A stretch of 64,000 nucleotides of DNA from Octopus sinensis (Eukaryota): the NCBI RefSeq assembly GCF_006345805.1, contig NW_021835958.1:1-64000 (forward strand), read 5' to 3'. The notes under the pieces were generated by a model. The model did no database searches and was not told the origin of the DNA. It worked only from the letters and a program-made list of their open reading frames with translations. Below are positions 38,670 to 49,694 of this stretch, in pieces; position 1 is the first letter of the stretch, and each line of letters begins with the position of its first letter. The translations under genes were made by a program, and so were the position numbers.

Positions 38670-40237
38670 GTTGGTCTCAACTCTAAAAAACTCTCCAAAT
38701 GCTTTTCTTCTAGTCTGTTGGCTTTATCAGGTTTTGTGGCAGATGTCATTCAGTATCTAGCTTCTTGATGGATTGTGTTGGTAACCTAGTTCCAATTCCT
38801 AGTTAGGGTCACTTCAGTTTCGTTATTATTTCTATTGGTAAAGGCATGAACATAATAAAATCTGATTTCAAATTTTCAAATCTTGTTATTTACAAAAGCA
38901 CTATTTTATTACAATTAGATACTCCTTCCTTCTGATTGGCATTCAACGAAAAAGTGAGGGCAACATGTGTTTGTCTCATAAGCAGCTTGAAATGAGTAAT
39001 GTTCCTTGTCTTAGAACACATCACAGTTTCTGCCTGTTTATAATAACTCAGAATCCTAAGCCACTTTGACTGTAAAGTTATTTTTCACCTTGCTGGTGTT
39101 AATATTACCCTTCACCCTTATCAAGGTTGATAAAATAAAGCAACAGTTGAATTCAGGGGATTGATATAATCAACTAATCCATCCTCTCAAAATCACAAAC
39201 TTTTTACCTAAATTAGAACAATTATATTAATTTAATGTCTTAATCAGAAGAAGATAGTGCATGTGGTCCTCTTCAGAGTCTCCAGGAACTGTGGAAAGAA
39301 AGGGAGGAATTTGTCCTCAAACTAGAGACTTACCCAGATGCTTATAACAAAGTGGTATCTACTAAGGCTTCCATGAGTCAGATAGGCTATCAAATAAATC
39401 CAGTACCCATAATCACATTGTCTCTTTACAAATTTCACTCCCAAAGCTTTGATTGCCCCAAAATTACGATACAAGAGACTTGCCTAAGGAGTTATACAGT
39501 GGGATTAAATTTGAATTCAAAACAATGCAGTTGTAGACAGTCATGTCTGTATCTTTTTAAATTGCTGACAAAAGTTTGTCCTGGTTGTTGTTCACAACTG
39601 TTTTCGCTCTAGTAATCTGCAATAGTCTGAATGTTCGCTATAGATATTCGAAGTTGGCTTGACTATTGTGGAATTAAATTACTTGACCGTTGACCGTGAG
39701 ATTTTCATTGAAGCATTGCTATAATGTTTGTGTTGTACCCTTTGGACTATCAAATTTGATATCTTGTCCTGGCTAGGATCCTAAAATATATGTGAAACAA
39801 TTTGAACCATTTTGATACCCATTCTCCTGCAACTACTTCTAATTCTAACATAGAAAATTTTCTGTTTCATCATCGTTAACGTCCACCTTCCATGCTAGCA
39901 TGGGTTGAACAATAATGATGTTAATTAAATTAATGATACATTGTTGATACTTAAACGAAGATATTTAAATTGTCTATAATTTTGTAAGAATATTTTATAT
40001 TCCAAATTCTTAACTATTTTTTCAAAATTTATTCAACATTGTATGCTGTATAATTCATCAGAAATAGAGTAACAAACTGGTTAAACAAATGTAGAAAACT
40101 TAAGAATGGTTTTCTCGCATTATGTTACCCTTTACTACTTGGTGATTTCAGATTTATTATTTCTAGAATTCTGCATTTGCTTTTAGTGGACTACTATATT
40201 TTATTACGTTTAACTATTATGCCAATCTTTCTTTCAG

Positions 40238-40357
40238 AGGTTGAAAAAGAATTAGAAAGTGAAAAGCGCCGAACTCCTGGATTGCCTTCTAAAAAAGCAC
40301 GTGCTCAAAGTCTTGATAGTTGTGAACATCTAGGAGTTGAAAGTCGAACTAATACAG
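40238..40357 (+). CDS. Abl: Abl exon: alphaI helix and Crk-type PxLPxK motif, EVEKELESEKRRTPGLPSKK...ESRTNT-G
   Basis: tttcag acceptor, gtaaat donor, 120 nt, phase 1 to 1; EVEKEL and PGLPSK match ABL1 EVEKEL and PELPTK. Confidence 0.94.
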
Positions 40358-41764
40358 GTAAATATTACCGCAATCATTGTACCTTACTTTTATTTTTGTA
40401 ATTTCTCTCTTCCCCCATTGATGTCACCCCAGTTGTAATTAACCTGTCACTGTGGTAATCAGAGTCAACAACAGTAAATCTCATAGAACACATCTGGCAT
40501 TAATACTTCTACATCTATGAGCCATTCTAATTCAGTCACTTTTGATGTTTTCCCTGTGGTTTCTAATCCTACCCACCCAAGGATGGAACGCATGTCACAG
40601 ATCGCTTGTGATTTCCGCTGAATATAAACTGTTACTAATAAACCACATAAACCAATAAGAAAGCTTCTAGACTGTTGCTCAATTCGCTAGAAATAGCAGC
40701 CATATCTCCCTCAAATTATACCTTACTGTCTTCACAAAAAACATAGATAATTAAGCTGTGTGAAAGACCAGATTGTCACAAGGGGAATATCTTTGATCAT
40801 AGATCTCAGTCAGGTCTAACCTAGGAGCTGAACAGCAGGATCCTTACACATTACATATACTACTTAATGTAAATAATTATTACCAAAAACACTGAATGCA
40901 GGGCCCTAGTAGATAACGTATTAGATACAATAATGCAAAATGTAACCATACGATTCTAATAAATACTAGCGTTTTCATTATATTTGCCAAAGAAAAATTA
41001 ATTTTCAAACTCACAAGAGTTAGGGTTTATGGGTTCAGGGGACATAACTCTTGCTTGCGTAGCAGCTCGTATCTCGTTGCTTATGACAGACCACTTGAAT
41101 TAATTGAATATTTTCATTGACCATTTGAACTTAAAATCAGTGAACTTAAACGAAGCAAATTAAATTAAATATCAAACAATCTAACATAATGGAAAACAGT
41201 TATAATAAGGAGATGTACTTGCATAGCGAGTGACTTGATCTGAGATTGTGTGCTGGAACGAAAACAATTGCCTTTAGTCGAGCAAATCGACCCCTGGACT
41301 TATTCTTTGTAAGCCCAGTACTTATTCTATCGGTCTATTTTGCCGAACCGCTAAGTGACGGGGACGTAAACACACCAGCATCGGTTGTCAAGCAATGCTA
41401 GGGGAACAAACACAGACACACAAACACACACACACATATATATACATATATACGACAGGCTTCTTTCAGTTTCCGTCTACCAAATCCACTCACAAGGCAT
41501 TGGTCAGCCCGGGGCTATAGCAGAAGACACTTGCCCAAGATGCCACGCAGTGGGACTGAACCCGGAACCATGTGGTTGGTTAGCAAGCTACTTACCACAC
41601 AGCCACTCCTGCGCCTCCTGTTTGGTGATAACTAATCATTCCTCTGTTTTCCTTTAGCTGGGCGAACAAGGTGCTTTCTTCTGTTTGGTGGAAATAATGA
41701 AAGGGAACATGTGGTGAAAAAAAATTAAAAATTAAAAATTAAAATTGTTGACAGATAACATTTT

Positions 41765-42175
41765 TAGCAAGGCCCTCATCAACTTTTCAAGCTCCACTTT
41801 GAATAGGAGGCACTGCTATTCAGCAAATTTGCTGAGAAGTAGCTGAGAGTAACTAGTATGGCTTGAGAGAATGGGGCTACTTTTAGCATGTGCCTCTAAG
41901 CTATACAATACTACCAAGAAGGAAAACTTGCTTCCGGTAATCAAAGTAATTTTGCATCTATGAGGTTCCTTGATTAGTGCTTGGTGGTTGTCCCCCACCC
42001 TATTTTGGAACATCACATTGCATATCTTATATATGCTTTTGTTTTCCCTCCATGTTCTTTTTTTTTTTCCTTAACCATTTTAATGTAACCCTCTTTCTGC
42101 TTTTGTATTGTGTCCTTGTAGTGTCTCCTCGTTCATTGCTCTTGTAGCAAATAAAGGAAATTATTACTACTATTA
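41765..42175 (+). mobile_element. Short 3' fragment of a related L1/Tx1 LINE
   Basis: ggcaaggccctcatcaacttttcaagctccactttgaa aligns with 25469-25505; similar pyrimidine-rich 3' UTR and aaataaaggaaattatt end. Confidence 0.65.
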
Positions 42176-42980
42176 GTATTGTGGCATACTTGGTCAACTG
42201 CCAGTTTTAATCTTGCCAGATTAAATTACCAGATTAAATTTACCATTAACCCCCACTGGGGTTGGTGGTGTCATTATCTGGCCACACTACTTGCATGGAT
42301 TCACATGAATCTCTGTCCAATTCTATTATGAATCTGGATTAGAAGCTTGAGTCACAATGAATCTTTCATTAGCTGATTACACAGCCATGGATACCACCCC
42401 TATGGGTGCGTTACAGTTTCTCTCTTGATAATGTCTGGTGATTCTGACCATTGATCTTCTAGGATTCTTCCACTCAGCATCAATGTAGAAGCACCATTAG
42501 ATCAGTTTGAGCTCTTCCACTGCCTCTTCACCACAATCTGCAGTACCGCAGTCCTGTGACTTTGCTGTATCCCTAGGTGTCTGAAAGGGTGCTATGTCTT
42601 GCCAAAGGACAGCCCCCATAACTATGCAGAGCAGTCATCGCTCTATGAAGCATTTTCAAAATACATACCAAAAGGACAAAAACTCACTTGGTTTCGAGTT
42701 TCAATGTGAATATGGGCTGTGAAAGCATGGCCCTCAATCCTTTCCACAGTCCGTATTCATACTGGAAATCAAGATGGAGTGAGCTTTTATCTCTGGTAAT
42801 ATAAGTATCAGTAATACACTGGAATTCAAGTCAAATAATTATATCCTTCTCTATAAATTTGTATCTTTGCTTAAAAATTTGAAACTTTGTGGTAGCGCAT
42901 GTTATTATCAAATAAATTTTTTAAATCATCATCATCATCATCATCATTATTATTTATTATTGTTGTTGTTGTTGTTTCAG

Positions 42981-45232
42981 GTGCTACCCCTCCAGCTGGT
43001 CGACGTGTTCTTCCACCCCTTGATGACTGTGACAAACGGCAGATGGAGATACTACAAAGGAAGTCATCAAGGAAAAAGAGCCCTGCACCAGTTCCTCCTC
43101 AGCGAACAACTTCATTTCGCGGTCCACCTGTGGATACTGCGTCAGAAATGGAGTTTGAGCTGAAGAACAAAATCAAACAGCAAAAGGCCAAAATTGAGGC
43201 CTCAACCCTTCACGAAGACTCAACTGAGCCTCAGGTCACCTTAGAACTGAGCCATCCAGATAATTATATTGGCAACAATAGGTTTACCAAAACTAAACAT
43301 TTGTCATTGAAGGGTAGCTCACCGAAATCCTTCCGACGCCATGACAATGATAAGTACCAGGGAAGCAAGGATGCCGACGATAACTTTCCTCGCCAAATGA
43401 CGGAAAGTTTCAAAGGTTCCCATATCGATAAATCAAAATACATAATCTCAGATTTAGGAAATAAAAACCCCAGACCACCACCTGGACATCTAAACCATGT
43501 GATTCCAGCAGAAATCCGACCCGAGCGTCCCAAGATTGACAAAGAGACGAGCACTAGCGAAGAAAGCATGGAAGCTGCAGCGGGACATGGTGGTGTTTAC
43601 CCAAAGGTTGCCCTTTCTCTACCCCATAGGTCGTCCAGTTTTAAGAAGGGCAAGCCACTGACAGATAATCAAGACTCTGAAGAAACTGTGGATCAAGAAA
43701 ATTTTGTCAATGTCGGCAAATTAGATGCGGATAATGTGAAGACAATTAGCCGTTACGGGACTATTCCAAAGGGGGTGAGGATTGGAGCATATTTTAGGTC
43801 AATGGAAGATGAACCAAACCATACTGACCAACGTGAATCTAGCATTGATGATGTTGATTCTGGTACTGATACGGCCAGTGTGACTTCCTGTCCCCCATTA
43901 CCGCCGACTGCTGACACACCCGGAGATAGTGGTAAAGATGAAGAAAGCAACAATATTGGTATTAAACAGGAGCATAATTTAAAGCCTTCTGCAGTTGTTA
44001 AATCACAGTCTTCTCAAATGCTTGTTGATAACCCAAAATCTTCATTTACAGGATTACTTCAGCGTCAAAAATCTGACCTAACCCATGGTAAAGTACAAGG
44101 AAGCAAACCCGACTATTCTCCTTCAAAACCTGACAATGGAATGCTTTCAAGTATTTCTCCTGGAGGATCAAAATCTGATGATATATCAGAATTAAGCAAG
44201 TCAAGAATAAGCCCTCGATTTTCTCATGTGTTTGAAGATAATAAGAAAGAAGAGTTAAAAGAAAACAAAAAGTTCCAGCATAAACCTTTAAAGTCTCCTG
44301 ATGAAGGTACATCTGAACTACGCAGCTTCCATAAAGTAGGCCAACCATTTCCCTCAAGGCCCCCCGGTTTGGCCCACGTTAATGACTCTAGTCCTACGAG
44401 TACTGAATCAACATTAGTGAGCAGTCCTGACTCTGTTGTGGAGAGATCCAAAAATGATATCCGTTCACCTCCTCCCAGACCACCCATCCGTGCACGAGTG
44501 TCGTTAGCTGATACTGATGATGGCAGTAGGCTATCAAAAGAAGTCAACGACAACAATGTACCACCTGCTGTCTTGTCCAAAATGGCCTCCAAAGTGAAGC
44601 TACCGTCTCTGCCCCCCAGCAGTGAGGCAGCATCCCTGAAACCCACCGGGCGAGATATAGACAGATCCAAATCAGATCAGTCCACTGATCGGTTTAGCTC
44701 TAATTCTGACTTTACTGCCGGGCACTTGACACCTGGCATTGCTCACAAACCTCCACCAGGTAACCAGAGAGATGAGCCTCCACCTAAAACTCTGTTTTCT
44801 AACTTCCGATCAGCCGCTCTGAGTCACCGCCACATTGATAACGATACGTCCGACAGCAAAAATTCACAAAACAATCAATCTGTTGATGATAACTCCAAAT
44901 CTGAAACACCTGTCACGAAGGATTCAATCATAGAGGCATCGAGCCGACTCGGAGGTCGCATTGATTCCTTGGCAACAAGTAGCTCAAAGAGCTCGGGTGA
45001 GTTCATGGACTTATCGAAACAGGTGCAAACATATCACGAAATGTGTTCCCAGTTCATTGATTCCTTACCACCTCACAGCAAGTTCCAGGGACGAGAATTG
45101 TTGAATCGGCTGCATCTGGAGTTACAAAAGTTGAAGACGTTGTCAGGAAGCTGTTTGACCAGCAGCAGCTCCAGCTTGTTGAATGAAATTCAGTCGACAA
45201 ATAAAGAAATCCTGCAAGTCATTCAGCGATGA
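42981..45232 (+). CDS. Abl: Abl large terminal coding exon: basic cluster/PxxP, disordered tail, F-actin-binding domain ending KEILQVIQR*
   Basis: tttcag acceptor ends 42980, phase 1, open to TGA 45230-45232. RKKSPAPVPPQRTTSFR resembles ABL1 KKKKKTAPTPPKRSSSFR; PPHSKFQGREL...KEILQVIQR resembles the Abl FABD (human KEISDIVQR*). Confidence 0.96.
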
Positions 45233-46899
45233 GCAGCAAACTAGAAAACAGAGAATTTGGGTTATGGTTACAAGACAGAAGAACAGACAGCAGATGGATG
45301 GACTCGCTGAAAAATTGCTTTTTTTTCCTATTCTCACCCCATCAACATATACATCTGTGAATGAACAGACACACACAAATACATACATACATATATATAT
45401 ATATTTACATATGTACACGCGCTTTCACACTCATGCACATACACACAATCGTACATTCACCTACAAATGCGTACTTTGTCATATTTTTATCTTTTCGCTC
45501 ACTTTCTCTCACTGTCTCTCTTTTTCCCTTTCACTTCTTCTTCTTCTTTCTCTATCTTTCTTCTCCCCCCCCCCCACTCACTTCAAGGCAGCCCCTTTCA
45601 GCCTGATCTGTAATCTTCATTTGCTGCGTTAAGTATTTTCATTTCTGTTGTGCACAACAGATCATTAGCATATGACATTTTGCATGGACAGTTGGTTGCA
45701 GCTGTCCTGCCCAAGTCAAACACAGACGTTGATCTGCTGGTTCTGTTGAATATATTCCACACCCACTCACTTCTCATTCTCTCTTTCTTCTCTCTCGCTC
45801 TCTTTCTTCACATATATATATATACATACATACATACATATATATATATATATGAAGGACTGGAGTCTTGTTTTCCTGCTGTTCCTGGCGTTGTTGTTCA
45901 GCTGCACACAGCAACCTTACAGAAGTTTGTGCTAACATTCACAGGATGTTTGCATTGTCTGCAAGGAACGGGGAGCAAGAGTTCCTTCTAGCCGAACATT
46001 ATAAATTGCAAAACTTTCCTCGTTTGTTGCTATGCAACTCGCGAAATCTATGTTTGACCAATGGTGAGCAGCTTGTGGACGACTGAACTACCTTTGACTT
46101 TTGACCTAGCTGTGCATTTACCAATGAGCGATCCCTCTCTTTCTCCCTTCTCTTTCTTTGTTGCTGTCTCTTTCTCTCTGCCTGTCTGACACTCCTCTTC
46201 CTCCTTCTCTCTCAACTTTCTGATGTAAATTCTAAGAAGTACTTAACTCCTCCCTTTCAATTCTAAATATCTTTCCCTCTTTTTTTTTTTCCTTCCTTCC
46301 TTCCTTCCTTCCTATGGGGGTTTCATTCCTCTGCACCAATGTTGACTTGACTAAGCTTTTTCGCTGTGTTACAAAGGTTGCCCTATCTGTTGGTTTTGCA
46401 TGTATGTAAGTGCATTTATGTGCATGTGTGTGTGTGTGTGTGTATGTGGATGTGCATGTGCGTAAATGACATGCAACCGAAGTATAGGATTCTGCAGTTA
46501 ACAATCAGGAAGCTGAGTATTTCTGCATTAATGTTACACCGTGCAACTATCAATAATTAAATATAATTTATAATATCTGGAAAAAGAAACGAAAAAAAAA
46601 AATAGAATGTGAAAAAAAAAAAATATAAAATTGGCAGAAAGCACCACCATCAAAAATAATAATAATCTTAACATGAAAAAATATCCAACAAAAAAAAAAT
46701 AACAAAAACTTCATTAAATGAATTCAGATAAAAGAAGGAAAGCTAAAACAAAACAGCATTTAAAAAAATTTTTTTTTTTTTTTGAAACCTGGAAAAAAAG
46801 ATGTTCCATTTGAAGAGAACAAAGAACCCTGTTGATACATATTGCAACTAAATGTTCTCTTCTTTCCCACCTTCCTCACAATGGCAGGTGTTTCATGCA

Positions 46900-46947
46900 C
46901 ACATGCTTATATACACGCACACACATACATATAGCCATATGTATATA

Positions 46948-46995
<48 letters not shown>

Positions 46996-47004
46996 TATAT
47001 TTAC

Positions 47005-47060
<56 letters not shown>

Positions 47061-47480
47061 ATATGTATATATTGTGTGTATATTTATATATATATATTTG
47101 TGTGCATATTTATATATATATTTATGGATGTATATATTTATATATATTTATGGATGTATATATTTATATATATTTATGGATGTATATGTTTATATATTTA
47201 TATATATGTATGTTATATGTGTGTGTATATATATATATATATATATACACATACATATATGTGTATATATATTTATGAGTATATGTATTATATACTTATG
47301 TGTATATATATATACCTGAGTGCATATGTATATTATATATTATATAATACACATTAGTGTATATATTTATATATATGCACACACATATGTATATAAATGT
47401 ATCTATACATATGCATACATATATATTTATGTGTGTGTGTTTGTGTCTATATATACATATGTGTGTATATATGTATGTAT
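46900..47480. repeat. Long compound (TA)/(TG)/(CA) microsatellite in the inferred Abl 3' UTR
   Basis: Directly visible; generates the YIYIY-type spurious ORFs. Confidence 0.95.
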
Positions 47481-47740
47481 CTCTATGCGACGATAGGAAG
47501 AATGAAGCTTCTTTAAGATGAACCGAACCTGAACAATGAAAAGCCCCCTCTCCCTGCGCCCAAGGCTCCTCCGTCTCCACCTCCTCCTTTTCACTTACCC
47601 ACTTGGCTGAAGTAATGTGCAACATACAGACAGGACAACCCTGGTGGTGACCCTTTCTGACACTGCTGGTTGTTTATAAAGATGTTTTAAGTGTCCACAC
47701 TTCACCAATTTCCATCTGACTGATAAATCTCAGATGTTAT

Positions 47741-48190
47741 AATAAAGAAATAAAATAAAATAAAATAAAATAAAAAGCAAAAAAAAAAATTTAGAAATCA
47801 AATGCAAAAGACATTAAAGAAAAATAAACAAACATTAATGATAATACTAATATTAATGAAAATGATGATAATGATGATGATAAAATAAATTAATAAAATA
47901 AAAATTCTAAAAAAAAAGAAAACAATTACTAAAATTCTATTTAAAAAAAAACTACAAAAACAAAACAAAAGACATTTTTTCTTCCTGGGAATGAAATAGA
48001 AGATTGGGTGAAATTAAATAGAATTTTCAAAGAAAACAAAAGGGAATTGAACAGAAAAATAAAAAAAAATTATTTAAAAAAATAAAGAAATCCTTAAAAT
48101 TCACTATTGTTATATCTTTTTTATCTTTCAATCTTCATTTGTTGGTTTTTTTTGTGAATATGTATATTTTTGTGCATGTGTGTATGTTAT
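47741..48190 (+). terminator. Candidate Abl polyadenylation region, implying a 3' UTR of about 2.5-2.9 kb
   Basis: First canonical AATAAA after the stop is 47741-47746, followed by tandem AATAAA copies. Another AATAAA at 48081-48086 is followed by a T/GT-rich tract (48115-48190). No transcript data. Confidence 0.5.
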
Positions 48191-48239
48191 GTATCCTCTG
48201 CTCACCAAAGTCTTGTTTTGTGTCTTAACACCTACCCCG

Positions 48240-48900
48240 CTTCTCACAACTGTCCCACCCTGTGTTGTCTGTCCTAACACCTGCCCATCTGACAACTGTC
48301 CCACCTTGTATTGTTTGTCCTAGCAATTGCCCCTCTTCTCACAACTGTCCCACTATGTATTATTTGCCCTAACCCTTGCCCCTCTTCTCACAACTATCCT
48401 ACCTTGTATTGTTTGTCCTAACCCTTGCACATCTTCTCACAACTGTTCCACCCTGTATTGTTTTCCTAACCCTTGCTCTTCTCAAAACTGTCTCACCTTA
48501 TCCCAACTTGTATTGTTTGTCCTAACCCTTGCTCCTCTTCTCACAACTATCCTACCTTGTATTGTTTGGTCCTAACCCTTTCTCCTCTTCTCACAACTGT
48601 CCCACCTTGTATTGTTTGTCCTAACTCTTGCTCATCTTCTCACAACTATCCCACCTTGTATTGCTTGACCTAACTCTTGCTCCTCTTCTCACAACTGTCC
48701 CACTTTGTATTGTTTGTCCTAACCCTTGCTCTTCTCACAACTGTCTCACCCTGTATTGTTTGTCCTAACCCTTGCCCCTCTTCTCAGAACTTCACAACTG
48801 TCCCACCATGTATTGTTTGTCCTAACCATTTCTCCTCTTCTCACAGCTGTCTCACCCTATATTGTTTGTCCTAATTCCTGCACTTCTACTTACAACTGTC
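48240..48900. repeat. 49-bp minisatellite CTCTTCTCACAACTGTCCCACCTTGTATTGTTTGTCCTAACCCTTGCTC
   Basis: Period 49 (e.g. 48333 to 48382), about 13 units. Confidence 0.93.
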
Positions 48901-49472
48901 TTGACTTATGTTTGCTTAGTCACCTGTCCTCTACATACAGCCATTCTATTCGTGAACTAAGGGGAACCTACTTATCTTAATCACTAGACCTGCTATAAAT
49001 AGCTACCAGATCTCCCTCAACTTCCACCCAGTCACCTTAAAAATAAAGGCAGCACTGGATAATGAAATGTTGGATACATTATACAAGAAACAGAAAAAGG
49101 GTGTGATGAGCATATTTAGAAAGCCACGCATGTTACGACATTTTTTAAATTCCCAACTGTGATAATATCTTAGCCTTTATATATAGTGAAGGTAATAGAA
49201 GACTCTTGAGTGTACCTTTCCTGGTATATTATAACACTGTTATAATAGACATCCGACGGTGTATTATTTATATCAGTATTATAGTGAACTTCTTCCTGAT
49301 GCATTATAATACTATCCTCCTCCCTTTTACCTTATGTAACTGTCATAGTGGACTTTATGAGTGGTTAAGTGCAAGTGGAGTGTCTAGTCGATAAAATACT
49401 TGCTCCAATGATATGAACACTTACAGGTTAACAAAGCCTTTGTATTTCTACTGATGACTTAGTGGTTCTTAA

Positions 49473-49694
49473 CCCTTTGCATTTCGATTTAGTCTTGACA
49501 GTCTATGGTGTGTACTGGTATTAAGCTGTTCAGTAACTGCATAATTTTACATACAAGGAACTTTACAGTGTATTTACAGATTGTTCTCAATGTGATATAT
49601 TTGTAAACACGGTGCCACACAGAGCGAGACATCGCACTTCTCACACACACACAATGTTTCGATGCGGTCAGTACCACTTCCTGTCTGCAAGGGG
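49473..49694. mobile_element. Family T3 MITE, inverted relative to 21928-22145
   Basis: TTAA on both sides; body is the reverse complement of the 21928 copy. Confidence 0.78.

Noticed and set aside
42750-42795. Mini-exon candidate in the last Abl intron (ttccacag acceptor; donors at 42779 or 42796)
   Set aside because: 29 or 46 nt, neither preserves frame.
42899-42980. N-terminal 28 codons of the 777-aa ORF (MLLSNKFFKSSSS...VVVVVS)
   Set aside because: Intronic microsatellite that happens to be stop-free; the exon begins at the phase-1 acceptor 42981.
46832-47625. Several 100-155 aa ORFs rich in Y/I/C/V (also at 315-919, 10557-10870, 30306-30770, 60573-60895)
   Set aside because: Translations of dinucleotide microsatellites.
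48327-48980. Cys/Pro-rich repetitive ORFs (CIVCPNPC...)
   Set aside because: 49-bp unit is not a multiple of three; frames rotate and stop; no splice context.
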